Shown one piece after another: positions 42,964 to 55,858 of a DNA stretch of 64,000 bases; within the stretch, counting starts at the first letter, position 1, and every line of letters begins with the position of its first letter. Under the pieces are notes generated by a model, which was not told the origin of the DNA, made no database searches, and was given only the letters and a program-made list of their open reading frames with translations. Source of the stretch: an uncultured Rhodobacteraceae bacterium (GTDB lineage Bacteria > Pseudomonadota > Alphaproteobacteria > Rhodobacterales > Rhodobacteraceae); contig CBFHVU010000001.1 in assembly GCA_965659465.1 (NCBI GenBank), positions 5,898 through 69,897 of the forward strand, given 5' to 3'. A program made the position numbers and the translations under genes.

Positions 42964-43998
42964 TTATACTGTCCTTGCTGCGTCTAGGCCTAGTTTCGCC
43001 ATTTCTGGGACATAGGCCCCCAAACGCATTGCCCGCACCGGATCCGAGGCGTTTCCGTCAAGCGCGCGTTTTTTTACGCCCTGCAAAATGGCAGCCATGC
43101 GGAAAAAACAAAATGCGATGTAAAATCCGAACCGATCAATGCCCCCAATATCACGGCGCGCGCAATATCGATCAATAAACTCTTGGTCCGACATCAACCC
43201 ATATGCGGCACGGTCGATCCCGCGCAATCCGCGCCCATCCGTATCGGCGGGCATGGCCCATTGCATGATCACAGCCGCCAAATCCGCATAGGGGTGGCCT
43301 GTGGTCGATAATTCCCAATCCAGCACCGCCAAACACTGCGCACTGCCCTGCGCAAACATCAAATTATCCAACCGGTAATCCCCATGCACCAAGGTGCGCT
43401 GACCATCATCATCAGGCAGGTTGCGCGACAGCCAGTCGATCAGGTCATCCATATCTGGGATCGTATCGGTTTCCGTGGCGCGATATTGTTTAGTCCAGCG
43501 ATCCGTTTGACGTTGGTAATAATTGCCTGCTGGTCCGTAATCGTCCAAACCCACTTGGGCCAAATCGACATTGTGGATATCGGCCAAAACACGGTTCATT
43601 TCATCCATAATCTGCCCGCGTTCATTGTGCGACAGATCGGGCAAACTGGGATCATCATAGCTGCGCCCATCCAGCATATCCATCACATAAAACGGCGATC
43701 CGATCACGCTGTCATCATCGCAAAACACATGCACCGGCGCCACAGGCACCGCCGTATCGGACAGCGCGCGCTGGACACGAAATTCACGGTCCACCGCATG
43801 GGCCGATTTCAACAAAACCCCCGCGGGTTTGCGCCGCAGTACCCATGATTTTCTGGGTGTTATCAAACGAAATGTCGGGTTTGACTGGCCGCCTGCGATT
43901 TTTGCCACCTCGACCGGACCCTGGAATGCAGGCAATGTCTGTTCCAGCCAAGGGACCAAACGGGTCAGATTGATCAAATCGCTGTGGGGTGTGGTCAT
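42964..43998 (-). CDS. phosphotransferase (APH/choline-kinase-like) family protein
   Basis: 344 aa with an HGDYRLDN catalytic loop and a DWEL motif. Confidence 0.8.
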   Translation of the reverse strand: MTTPHSDLINLTRLVPWLEQTLPAFQGPVEVAKIAGGQSNPTFRLITPRKSWVLRRKPAGVLLKSAHAVDREFRVQRALSDTAVPVAPVHVFCDDDSVIGSPFYVMDMLDGRSYDDPSLPDLSHNERGQIMDEMNRVLADIHNVDLAQVGLDDYGPAGNYYQRQTDRWTKQYRATETDTIPDMDDLIDWLSRNLPDDDGQRTLVHGDYRLDNLMFAQGSAQCLAVLDWELSTTGHPYADLAAVIMQWAMPADTDGRGLRGIDRAAYGLMSDQEFIDRYCARRDIGGIDRFGFYIAFCFFRMAAILQGVKKRALDGNASDPVRAMRLGAYVPEMAKLGLDAARTV

Positions 43999-44001
43999 GG
44001 C

Positions 44002-44469
44002 CTAGCCCTCATCCTTTAGGTAATCGCGCCCAATCCAACGGGCCATTAACGCGGGCCTGTCCCCGCCGTTGATTTCGACGGTTACATCCCAGACATTGGT
44101 AATTTCGCACGGACGGGCCTGACGCAGGTCATGCAATTTGAACACGCCCCTGATCCGCGCGCCCGCCCGAACAGGTGCCAAAAACCGCAGTTTATCAAAC
44201 CCGTAATTGACGCCCATTTCCGATCCTTGGATTTCGGGCAGTGCATCATAAAACATGGCCGACAACATTGACACGGTCAAAAACCCATGCGCGATTGTCC
44301 CGCCAAAGGGCGTTTGCGCCGCGCGTTCGGGATCAATGTGGATATACTGCCAATCTTCGGTAATATCGGCAAAGGCATCAATCTGGGCCTGCGTAATCTC
44401 AAACCAACGCGACACGCCCACTTGGGTCCCAACTTTGGCCTGTAAATCCGCCACTGAAATGGTCTGCAT
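44002..44469 (-). CDS. MaoC-family dehydratase
   Basis: 155 aa hotdog hydratase. Confidence 0.85.
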   Translation of the reverse strand: MQTISVADLQAKVGTQVGVSRWFEITQAQIDAFADITEDWQYIHIDPERAAQTPFGGTIAHGFLTVSMLSAMFYDALPEIQGSEMGVNYGFDKLRFLAPVRAGARIRGVFKLHDLRQARPCEITNVWDVTVEINGGDRPALMARWIGRDYLKDEG

Positions 44470-44659
44470 CCTGTGATCCTGTTGTTTATTTTGTGTTTGT
44501 TGTGATGACTGTATCGCACTGGGACCTGATTTCCAGCGAAAATCGCATGGCAGCGGCAGACCCCTTGGGCCATAAATCGCTCATCTTTTTGATCCAAGAG
44601 TTGCGTCAGCCCCCTTTGATCGCTATTTCACATCCAAACAGCAAACAAAGGGCAAATCC

Positions 44660-45271
44660 GTGGCAAATTATCTGTACCAAGGCGACCTGCCAGACGATCT
44701 GGTTTTGGGACCGGTTGTGGCAATCGATTGTGAAACAATGGGCCTGCGCCCCTATCGGGATCGTTTGTGTGTGGTGCAGCTGTCCGATGGTGACGGTAAC
44801 GCACATATTGTCCAAATCGTCCAAGGCCAGACATCGGCCCCCAACCTGTGCAAAATGCTGGAAAACCCCGATGTGTTGAAACTGTTCCATTTCGGGCGGT
44901 TTGATATTGCTGCCATGTATCACACGTTTGGCGCCTTGGCCGCGCCTGTGTATTGCACAAAAATCGCCAGCAAATTGGTGCGCACCTATACCGATCGGCA
45001 CGGGTTGAAAAACCTACTGCAAGAATTGCTGAACCAAGATATTTCGAAACAACAACAATCCAGCGATTGGGGTGCCGATACATTGACCCCCGCGCAGCTG
45101 GATTATGCGGCATCAGATGTGTTGTATCTGCATAAACTACGCGATGTTCTGAACAAACGCTTGACCCGCGAACACCGCATGGAATTGGCGCAATCGTGTT
45201 TCGATTTCTTGCCTGTGCGTGCAAAACTTGATCTGGCGGGCTGGCCGGACGAGGATATTTTTGCACATTAA
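44660..45271 (+). CDS. 3'-5' exonuclease (short RNase D-like, DEDDy)
   Basis: GTG start, 203 aa. Motifs VAIDCETMGL, HFGRFD and YAASDVLYL are present. Confidence 0.8.
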   Translation: MANYLYQGDLPDDLVLGPVVAIDCETMGLRPYRDRLCVVQLSDGDGNAHIVQIVQGQTSAPNLCKMLENPDVLKLFHFGRFDIAAMYHTFGALAAPVYCTKIASKLVRTYTDRHGLKNLLQELLNQDISKQQQSSDWGADTLTPAQLDYAASDVLYLHKLRDVLNKRLTREHRMELAQSCFDFLPVRAKLDLAGWPDEDIFAH

Positions 45272-45301
45272 CCCCAGCCAAACCCCAACTAGGGCGGGAC
45301 C

Positions 45302-45913
45302 ATGACATATTCGAAAACAGTTTATGTGCTAAAAATTGTCCTGCCCTTGATTGCCTTGGGGATGCTGGCATCGCTGTTTTTGTTGTCGCGCAGCCAAACG
45401 GACACGCCTGCTGCCCTGCCCTTTAGCGCCAGTGATCTGAACGCGCGCATCCGTGAACAACGCATCAGCGGGCCAATTTACAACGGCACAAATACGGCAG
45501 GCGATGATATTTCGTTGTCGGCGGGCAAAATCATCCCGCAAACAACGCCCGACCGCCCGGGGCAAATGACCGATTTGGCGATCAATGTTGCCACAGCCGC
45601 AGGTACGGAATTTGGCATTTCGGCCCAACTGGGTGAATACGACAGCAACACGACCCAAGTTTCCCTGCGCGGCGGCGTAGATTTGACAACATCCGCGGGA
45701 TATCAGCTGACCAGTCCATCGGTTACCTTTGACCCACGGTATTCCAGATTAACAGCCCAAGGGCCGATCGTGGGACAGGGGCCAAACATGACCCTGACGG
45801 CCGGAAAATTAGAGATTTCCCGCCCAACCGAAACAGAGTCTTTGCAAATTCGGTTCACACAGGGGATAAAGATGATATTGAATGCAACACAAGAAAGCGC
45901 GCCAAATGACTAA
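45302..45913 (+). CDS. lptC: LPS export protein LptC-like
   Basis: N-terminal TM anchor plus a beta-jellyroll-sized periplasmic part. It lies directly upstream of lptA-lptB and overlaps lptA. Confidence 0.6.
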   Translation: MTYSKTVYVLKIVLPLIALGMLASLFLLSRSQTDTPAALPFSASDLNARIREQRISGPIYNGTNTAGDDISLSAGKIIPQTTPDRPGQMTDLAINVATAAGTEFGISAQLGEYDSNTTQVSLRGGVDLTTSAGYQLTSPSVTFDPRYSRLTAQGPIVGQGPNMTLTAGKLEISRPTETESLQIRFTQGIKMILNATQESAPND

Positions 45914-46394
45914 GGTCTTTGCCATCCTGTTCAGCCTGATGCTGCCCCTATCCGCCGCAATGGCGCAATCAAACGCGGGCATTTTCGGCACAATTGACCA
46001 AGACAGCAGCGCCACCATCACCGCCGCTGCTGATGCCATGACCATTGACGAGTCACAGGGATTTGCCGAATTTTCAGGCATGGTCGAAATCACCCAAGGA
46101 TCCACCACACTGAACGCCGAGCGTGTGCGCGCCGAATATGGGGATACCCAAACACAGATCATCCGCATCATCGCTGATGGCAATGTGGCCCTGATCAGCG
46201 GATCCGACCAAGCACGGGCCGATCAGGCTGTTTATGATGTCGAACAGGGTACAATCACCCTGACAGGCAATGCCTTTGTCAAACAGGGGGGCAACACCCT
46301 GCGCGCGCAAAATGTAACGATCAATACAAAAACAGGCGCGGCACAAATGTCAGGGCGCGTGACGACAACACTAACACCCAGCGGGGGCAATTGA
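45906..46394 (+). CDS. lptA: LPS transport periplasmic protein LptA (OstA-like)
   Basis: ATG at 45906 with a signal peptide [21 protein letters not shown] and an OstA-like repeat. Confidence 0.8.
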   Translation: MTKVFAILFSLMLPLSAAMAQSNAGIFGTIDQDSSATITAAADAMTIDESQGFAEFSGMVEITQGSTTLNAERVRAEYGDTQTQIIRIIADGNVALISGSDQARADQAVYDVEQGTITLTGNAFVKQGGNTLRAQNVTINTKTGAAQMSGRVTTTLTPSGGN

Positions 46395-47152
46395 TGACCC
46401 CTGCCAAGCTGATCACAGAAAACGCAAATTTGGGATTACAGGTCAAAGGCCTGCGAAAATCCTACAAGAAACGCGTTGTGATCCGCGATATATCATTGCG
46501 CCTAAACCAAGGCGAGGTGGTCGCATTGTTGGGCCCGAACGGATCGGGCAAAACAACCACGTTTTATTCCATTGCAGGTCTGGTCAATCCCGATGGCGGG
46601 CAGGTCAAAATTGATGGAGCCGATATATCAACCCTGCCCATGTATCGCCGCGCCCGAATGGGAATTGGTTATTTGCCGCAGGAAATGTCGATCTTCCGCG
46701 GGCTGAGCGTAGAACACAATATTGCTGCCATTTTGGACATTGCCGAACCCGATCACCACATCCGCCGCGAACGGCTTGAGGAATTGTTGGGCGAATTTGG
46801 CATCGAACACCTGCGCCGCACCCCTGCGATCGCCCTGTCAGGGGGCGAACGCCGCCGCGTTGAAATTGCACGCGCGCTGGCCGCGAACCCCAAATACCTG
46901 TTGCTGGACGAACCCTTTGCTGGGGTTGATCCGATTTCAGTGGGCGATATCCGCAATTTGGTGGCCAAGCTGAAAAACCGCGGATTGGGCGTGTTGATCA
47001 CCGACCACAATGTGCGCGAAACGCTGGAAATCGTTGATCGCGCCTATATTTTGCATGACGGTGCGGTTTTGATGTCTGGAACCCCACAAGATGTGGTCAG
47101 CAACGAACATGTGCGGCGTGTTTATCTGGGCGAGAATTTCAAAATTGTCTGA
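46391..47152 (+). CDS. lptB: LPS export ABC transporter ATP-binding protein
   Basis: 253 aa with [22 protein letters not shown] and [12 protein letters not shown]. Confidence 0.9.
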   Translation: MMTPAKLITENANLGLQVKGLRKSYKKRVVIRDISLRLNQGEVVALLGPNGSGKTTTFYSIAGLVNPDGGQVKIDGADISTLPMYRRARMGIGYLPQEMSIFRGLSVEHNIAAILDIAEPDHHIRRERLEELLGEFGIEHLRRTPAIALSGGERRRVEIARALAANPKYLLLDEPFAGVDPISVGDIRNLVAKLKNRGLGVLITDHNVRETLEIVDRAYILHDGAVLMSGTPQDVVSNEHVRRVYLGENFKIV

Positions 47153-47358
47153 TCACGCGGTGAACACGATTTCATTTTTCCTTTGACAAACCCCCCAGAT
47201 GTCGCCTTCAATAGAGGTGACGGGATAGGACTCTGACTGAGTCTGCGCATCACGCGCCATCCATACAGGCCCGTCAAATACCGGTTCGGAGATTTTCGCA
47301 CCGCAGGTTGTATTCAACCTGTGATCAGGAAAAATCCGCCTAAATATAAGGAGTTATA

Positions 47359-47925
47359 ATGCGGTATCAAATTTCAGGAATCCATATCGACATCGGCGAT
47401 GCACTGCAAACCCATGTTAAGGATGAACTGGGGTCTGCAGTACAAAAGTACGCAGAGCGCCCAACAGATGCCTTGGTCGTTTTTTCCAAAAGCGGCCATG
47501 AATATGTGTGCGAAGCAACGGTCCACCTCTCGACTGGACTGACCGCACAAGCCAAGGCATCAGCCGCTGAAATCTATACAAGTTTCGACTCTTGCTGTGA
47601 AAAGATGGAAAAACAACTAAGACGATACAAGCGCCGTCTAAAAGACCACCATAAAGAACGTGTAAATCCGGTTGAACTTATGAACGCTTCCTCTTATATC
47701 CTCGCCAATGAGAGCGAGCATGAGGATTCGGAACCCGAGACATTGCAACCTATCATCATCGCAGAAATGGAATCTAAAATTCCATCTTTGTCGGTCGGCG
47801 AAGCGGTGATGCAGATGGAATTGTCGGGAAATGGGTTTCTTGTGTTTAAAAATGAAAGCAAGAATAGCGTAAATGTTGTGTACCTTCGTGACGACGGCAA
47901 TGTCGGATGGATTGAACCACAGTAG
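47359..47925 (+). CDS. hpf: ribosome hibernation-promoting factor (long form)
   Basis: 188 aa with AAGGAG 6 nt upstream of the ATG. Sigma54-modulation/S30EA N-domain plus a C-terminal dimerisation domain. Confidence 0.9.
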   Translation: MRYQISGIHIDIGDALQTHVKDELGSAVQKYAERPTDALVVFSKSGHEYVCEATVHLSTGLTAQAKASAAEIYTSFDSCCEKMEKQLRRYKRRLKDHHKERVNPVELMNASSYILANESEHEDSEPETLQPIIIAEMESKIPSLSVGEAVMQMELSGNGFLVFKNESKNSVNVVYLRDDGNVGWIEPQ

Positions 47926-47962
47926 TATATTTCTTGCAAATCCGGGAAAGTAAAAACAGTCC

Positions 47963-48427
47963 ATGGAATTGTTCAAATTGGTGAAGCCTGAGGCAGTACG
48001 CTATGTCGCATCTGCCTCAAGCAAAAAGTGGTTGTTGCATACTATGGCCGAAATCGGACACACTGCCTATGGCATTGACCACAACCGCGCAATCGACGCG
48101 TTGTTAGAACGTGAAAGCCTTGGCCCAACAGGTGTGGGCAACGGGGTTGCATTGCCACATGCGCGTTTAACTGATTTGGATCATGTCTGCGGTGTCTTTG
48201 TGCGATTGGAAAAACCCGTCGAATTCACGGCCGTTGATCATTTGCCAGTTGACGTCATCTTTGCCCTATTTGCACCAGAAAATGCAGGCGTCGAACATTT
48301 GAAAGCCTTGGCATCCGTGTCGCGTTTGCTGCGCAATGCCGATATCTGTGCCAAGCTGCGTTCAAATAACGATCCGGCAACGCTGTACACGATTTTGACC
48401 GCCGAACAACGCACACAGGCCGCCTAG
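47963..48427 (+). CDS. ptsN: PTS IIA-Ntr nitrogen regulatory protein
   Basis: 154 aa with a phosphorylatable His context (GNGVALPHARL). Confidence 0.85.
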   Translation: MELFKLVKPEAVRYVASASSKKWLLHTMAEIGHTAYGIDHNRAIDALLERESLGPTGVGNGVALPHARLTDLDHVCGVFVRLEKPVEFTAVDHLPVDVIFALFAPENAGVEHLKALASVSRLLRNADICAKLRSNNDPATLYTILTAEQRTQAA

Positions 48428-48612
48428 CAAACGCCTAGGGCCTGTGGGCCGGTTCCCAGTTGGAAAACCCATATAAATCGTAATCCCGCGCGAATGCGGC
48501 CTGTATTATCACGCAGGGCCCGCATTTGCCGCCGTTTGCGCAGGGCGCGGAACAACAAACGCTGCGGTTTTGGGCGCAACCGATATGCTTGCACCCACGA
48601 CACCCGCGCGCC

Positions 48613-49470
48613 CTAAGTCACCAACTTAACGCCGGGGGCATAGGCGATAAAGAACGTATTTTCGTAATCAGGTTTGCCATAGCGGAATGGCGTATGATCA
48701 TCAAACCGCACCACATGCCCGCCCGCACCCTGTAATACGGCCTGACCTGCGGCGGTGTCCCATTCCATCGTGCGTCCCAAACGGGGGTATAAATCGGCCT
48801 CGCCCGTGGCGACCAAACAGAATTTCAAGGATGATCCAGCCGGCGTCATTTCGGCCACGTTATATTTCTGAATATAGGCATCTGTTGCCGCATCGCGATG
48901 CGATTTCGATGCCACCACGGCCAGGGCGTTGTTGTCTGGCACGCGCACCGAAATGGGTGATATTTCGCCAAATGTCTCAAGGCTGTAATCGCCCGATTCC
49001 TCAATGCTTTGGCCTGTGGCATCGGTGTAAAACAGCCGCCCCACAGCGGGTGCATACACAATCCCGCGGGTGGGCACGCCCTGTTCGACCAAGGCGATAT
49101 TGACGGTAAACTGCCCCCGCCGTTGGATGAAATCTTTGGTTCCATCCAGCGGATCGACAATCAAAAACCGATCTGCCGTCAGGCTGTGCGATTGGGCCTG
49201 CTCTTCGGTAACGATTGTGATGTCAGGAAAGGCCGCGCGCAACCCGTCGAATATAATCGCATCCGCGGCGGTATCGGCACGGGTGACGGGGCTGTTATCG
49301 CCCTTGGTTTCGACGCCCAGATCATCTTGGGCATAGATGTCCATAATCGCCTGACCCGCCTGCAGGGCCAGTTCACGCATCACTTTGGTAAGGATTTCGT
49401 AATTCAAATCTGTTCTCTCTTTGTCAGGGGCAGCCCCAGTTGGCATCTGCATTGCTAATGCAATAGTCAA
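48613..49470 (-). CDS. cysQ: 3'(2'),5'-bisphosphate nucleotidase (inositol monophosphatase family)
   Basis: Motifs IVDPLDGT and WDTAAG are present. The start codon is uncertain, with several in-frame candidates between 49380 and 49470. Confidence 0.8.
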   Translation of the reverse strand: MTIALAMQMPTGAAPDKERTDLNYEILTKVMRELALQAGQAIMDIYAQDDLGVETKGDNSPVTRADTAADAIIFDGLRAAFPDITIVTEEQAQSHSLTADRFLIVDPLDGTKDFIQRRGQFTVNIALVEQGVPTRGIVYAPAVGRLFYTDATGQSIEESGDYSLETFGEISPISVRVPDNNALAVVASKSHRDAATDAYIQKYNVAEMTPAGSSLKFCLVATGEADLYPRLGRTMEWDTAAGQAVLQGAGGHVVRFDDHTPFRYGKPDYENTFFIAYAPGVKLVT

Positions 49471-49502
49471 CGGTTAAAATCTAGTTTAGGAAAGACATAC
49501 CT

Positions 49503-50357
49503 ATGGGTCACGCACTAAATCTGGGATTTGGAAAAATTATGCCAATGGTGCACAGCAACAGAATGTTTTTTTCGTTCCTCGTGTCGATGTGGTCTGTCGT
49601 TTATGTGACAGCAGTGCAAAACATACGCAAAGAGCACCGTATTCCCCTGATGTCGCTGGTCAATGCGGTGATGAAAACACTGATATTTGTTCTGTCATTC
49701 GTATTGATGCTTGAAATCCTTGGAATGCGCGCGGCCGCGATCCGTGGGGATTTCATTATATACTTGATGACAGGCATTTTCATGTTCATGACCCATTTGG
49801 CCGCGATCAATGCCGTTTCAAACGCCCCCAGCCCCGCATCGCCGCTGATGCAACATGGCCCCATGACGCCAACAGTTGCCATTCTGGGCACTGCCCTTGG
49901 GTCGCTATATACCCAGTTTTTAACAGTTTTTATCCTGCTGGCGGGGTATTATTTGGCCTTTGAACACTTTGTCATTTATGACTGGATTTGATGTTTGCTG
50001 ATGTTTTTGCTGGCTTGGGGATCCGGCGTTGCCATCGGCATTGTGGTGTATTCTGCCCAACCCTGGGCCCCTGGGTTTTTCAAATTATTTGCCACATTTT
50101 ATCAGCGGATTACGATGCTTGCCTCGGGTAAAATGTTCGTGGCCAATATGATGCCTGCCTTTGTCATCAATATGTTTGACTGGAACCCATTGTTTCACAT
50201 CATCGACCAAACGCGGGGCTATGCCTTTGTCAACTATAGCCCACGCAACAGTGATTTGACGGTACCGTTGGTGATCACAACAGCGTGCATCGTGATCGGA
50301 TTAATCACCCAATATTACACCAGCAAGCGGGTCTCGGCCAGCTGGATGGCCGAATGA
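49503..50357 (+). pseudogene. ABC-2 type (KpsM-like) exporter permease interrupted by an in-frame TGA at 49989..49991
   Basis: ORFs 49503..49991 and 49995..50357 share one frame (..FVIYDWI*CLLMFLLAWG..). Together they give a ~280 aa six-TM ABC-2 permease. No partner ATPase gene is adjacent. Confidence 0.65.
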
Positions 50358-51437
50358 CATCAACGACGAAATCAGAGCGCGTGAAATTTCGGGGTCCAGT
50401 GGCACATCTGGGGCCGTTTCTGGTTTCGGCATGGGGTCAGGGATCGCGATATCGGGCAATTCGCCGGTCAGGGCCTGTAGAAATTCAATAAGCAGGTCGA
50501 CTTCGTCTTGTGACAAATCCGACCTAAGCTGGACCTGCGCCATGATTTGTATCGCTTCCTCTAACCTGTCGGCACTGCCGGTATGAAAGTAGGGACCTGT
50601 TTCGGCTATGTTGCGCAACGTCGGCACACGGTAGACGATCTTATCCGTTGGGTCCCCTGAAACGGCAGCCAAGCCAATATCATTTTCGGGGCGATGTGAT
50701 GTGCCAGGCTCTCGGACCGCGCCAAATCGCTGATAATTACCACCGCCGATGTTATAGCCATTGTGGCATTCGACACATCCAAGGTCGATAAAGATATCCA
50801 ATCTCACCTTTTCACCCAAGGACAACGCTTGCATATCCCCCATCAAAAACGCATCAAATCGTGACGGTGTCAACAGTGTCGTTTCAAACGCGGCAACTGC
50901 TGTTGCGAAATTGTCGAATGTGATTGGATCCTCTTGGGATGGATAGGCTTTGGAAAATAACGACACATAGCCGGGAATCCCCTTGAGCGTTTCAATCAAT
51001 GCGTCACGGGTGTTGGCCATTTCAATGGGGTTTTCGACTGGGCCTTTGGCTTGCTCAACCAAATTAGGGGCGCGCCCATCCCAAAACTGTTCAATATTCA
51101 AAACCGCGTTTAGAACCGTGGGCGCATTCCGCCCGCCGACCTGACCATTATGCCCAACCGAGGTTGGCAATAAATCGACACCGCCGGTGTCCAGACCATG
51201 GCATGACGCACATGAAATGTTTTCATCTTTGGACACACGCTCTTCGAAATACAAATGCCGGCCCAATTCAATCTGCGCGTCATTATATCCAAAATCCTCA
51301 ATCAATTCGTTCAGCGTCGGCAAAGCAAATAAATATTCTGATGCATCATCATAAATACTTTGGCTCAGCAACTTTTCCGAGGCCACGCATGGAACGGCTG
51401 ACGTACAAAGAATACCCAAAGCCAATAAATATTTCAT
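50301..51437 (-). CDS. di-haem cytochrome c peroxidase (CCP/MauG family)
   Basis: 378 aa with a signal peptide and two CxxCH motifs (CASCH, CVECH). Confidence 0.9.
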   Translation of the reverse strand: MKYLLALGILCTSAVPCVASEKLLSQSIYDDASEYLFALPTLNELIEDFGYNDAQIELGRHLYFEERVSKDENISCASCHGLDTGGVDLLPTSVGHNGQVGGRNAPTVLNAVLNIEQFWDGRAPNLVEQAKGPVENPIEMANTRDALIETLKGIPGYVSLFSKAYPSQEDPITFDNFATAVAAFETTLLTPSRFDAFLMGDMQALSLGEKVRLDIFIDLGCVECHNGYNIGGGNYQRFGAVREPGTSHRPENDIGLAAVSGDPTDKIVYRVPTLRNIAETGPYFHTGSADRLEEAIQIMAQVQLRSDLSQDEVDLLIEFLQALTGELPDIAIPDPMPKPETAPDVPLDPEISRALISSLMSFGHPAGRDPLAGVILGD

Positions 51438-51582
51438 ACGAACTCCTATCTATCTCAGTCCGTAACGCCCAAGGTTCGCTGGTTTTTAGCCGACTCTCAA
51501 AATGGCAGCATTGAATCCAGCTGAAATTAACGAATTCATAATGATTTTGTTCACATTTGCGCAAAATTACCCGATTGAGGTG

Positions 51583-51612
51583 CTTGCAGCACAGTCAATG
51601 CCTGACTATATA
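51583..51612 (+). promoter_or_regulatory. RpoH (sigma32)-type heat-shock promoter for dnaK
   Basis: CTTGCA at 51583..51588, a 17-nt spacer, then CTATATA at 51606..51612. This matches the alphaproteobacterial CTTG-N17-CYTATNT pattern. It lies ~110 nt upstream of the dnaK ATG. Confidence 0.6.
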
Positions 51613-51722
51613 CGCTCTGTCGCGTTGGAACGTATCGGTTCCATCGCATGTAGAAACGGCGCCAATGCCAAGACGGGTTTGCGTCGTATGTCATCGCCTT
51701 ATATTTAGAGAGGGATCATAAA

Positions 51723-53642
<1,920 letters not shown>

Positions 53643-53658
53643 TCGTAACACCAGACAC

Positions 53659-53689
53659 AAACCGGCCTGTCATGGGCAGGCCGGTTTTT
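53659..53689 (+). terminator. hairpin plus T-run between dnaK and dnaJ (partial terminator/attenuator)
   Basis: AAACCGGCCTG-TCATGGG-CAGGCCGGTTT followed by TT. Confidence 0.6.
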
Positions 53690-53713
53690 CCGTCTGAAAA
53701 GGAGGCGTAATCA

Positions 53714-54862
53714 ATGTCTAAACGCGATTACTATGATGTTCTTGGAATATCCAAAGGTGCCTCGGCCGACGAAATCAAGAAAGCCTTTCGTACGAAAGCC
53801 AAGGAACTGCATCCAGACCGCAATTCCGACAATCCCAATGCCGAAAGCCAATTCAAAGAAGCCAATGAGGCCTATGACGTCCTAAAAGACCCCGAGAAAA
53901 AGGCAGCCTATGACCGTTACGGTCACGCCGCATTCGAAGGTGGCATGGGCGGCGGTGGTCGACCAGGTGGCGGCTATGGTCAAGGCGATTTTTCATCCGC
54001 CTTTTCCGATGTATTCGACGACCTGTTCGGCGATTTCATGGGCGGCGGCGGTGGTCGGGGTGGACGATCCCGCAACACCCGCGGATCAGACCTGCGCTAT
54101 AACATGCGCATCACCCTAGAAGAGGCCTTTGGCGGCGCGCAAAAAACCATCAACGTGCCATCAACGGCACAATGTGGGCCATGCAACGGAACCGGCGCCG
54201 AGGGCGGAACAGAACCCACATCCTGCCCCACCTGTTCCGGTATGGGCAAGGTCCGCGCGACCCAAGGGTTTTTTACCGTCGAACGCACCTGTCCCACATG
54301 TTCGGGAATGGGTCAAATCATCAAAAACCCCTGTAAATCCTGTAGCGGCCAAGGCCGCATAGAAAAAGACCGCGCACTGAGCGTCAATATCCCTGCGGGT
54401 GTTGAAACGGGTACACGTATTCGCCTTTCTGGCGAAGGCGAAGCAGGTCTGCGCGGGGGATCCAGTGGTGATCTTTATATCTTTATCGAGGTCGCACCCC
54501 ACGACATTTTCCAACGCGAAGGGACAAATCTGTTCTGCCGCGTACCTGTGTCGATGACCACGGCCGCTTTGGGCGGTGATATCGAGGTGCCCACCATTGA
54601 TGGCGGCCGCAGCCGTGTAAAAGTCCCATCGGGCAGCCAATCTGGCCGTCAGATGCGACTCAGATCCAAGGGGATGCCAGCGGTTCGCTCTTCTCAGGTG
54701 GGTGATATGTTCATCGAACTTGCGGTGGAAACGCCGGTCAACCTGACATCCCGTCAGAAAGACTTGCTGCGCGAATTTGAACAAGAGTCATCTGAAAACA
54801 ACCCTGAAAGCAGCAGCTTTTTCTCTTCTGTCAAATCCTTTTGGGATTCGATGAAGGGATAA
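53714..54862 (+). CDS. dnaJ: molecular chaperone DnaJ
   Basis: 382 aa with a J domain (HPD), a G/F region and four CxxCxGxG zinc repeats. Confidence 0.95.
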   Translation: MSKRDYYDVLGISKGASADEIKKAFRTKAKELHPDRNSDNPNAESQFKEANEAYDVLKDPEKKAAYDRYGHAAFEGGMGGGGRPGGGYGQGDFSSAFSDVFDDLFGDFMGGGGGRGGRSRNTRGSDLRYNMRITLEEAFGGAQKTINVPSTAQCGPCNGTGAEGGTEPTSCPTCSGMGKVRATQGFFTVERTCPTCSGMGQIIKNPCKSCSGQGRIEKDRALSVNIPAGVETGTRIRLSGEGEAGLRGGSSGDLYIFIEVAPHDIFQREGTNLFCRVPVSMTTAALGGDIEVPTIDGGRSRVKVPSGSQSGRQMRLRSKGMPAVRSSQVGDMFIELAVETPVNLTSRQKDLLREFEQESSENNPESSSFFSSVKSFWDSMKG

Positions 54863-54880
54863 AATATCAAAATTTATAGA

Positions 54881-54906
54881 AAACTGGCCAATCCTGGCCA
54901 GTTTTT
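54881..54906 (+). terminator. rho-independent terminator of dnaJ
   Basis: AAACTGGCCA-ATCC-TGGCCAGTTT followed by TTC. Confidence 0.85.
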
Positions 54907-54948
54907 CTGTTTGTGTGTTATAGCACTTTTAACCAATTTCATTTCATT

Positions 54949-55780
<832 letters not shown>

Positions 55781-55858
55781 ACCTATGCTCCGTTCAGGTT
55801 GGATATCCAACCTGAACGCTAGGGCTTTTTCGCTTAAACTTCGTTAACGTGGGCGCAA

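Noticed and set aside
48428-48612. Cys-rich reading frame on the minus strand between ptsN and cysQ (..GCRGCKHIGCAQNRSVCCSAPCANGGKCGPC..DYDLYGFSNWEPAHRP).
   Set aside because: There is no in-frame ATG, GTG or TTG start near its 5' end and no RBS. It begins right after a TGA, and I could not match it to a known small Cys-rich family. It is most likely a chance frame in GC-rich spacer, although a decayed gene cannot be excluded.
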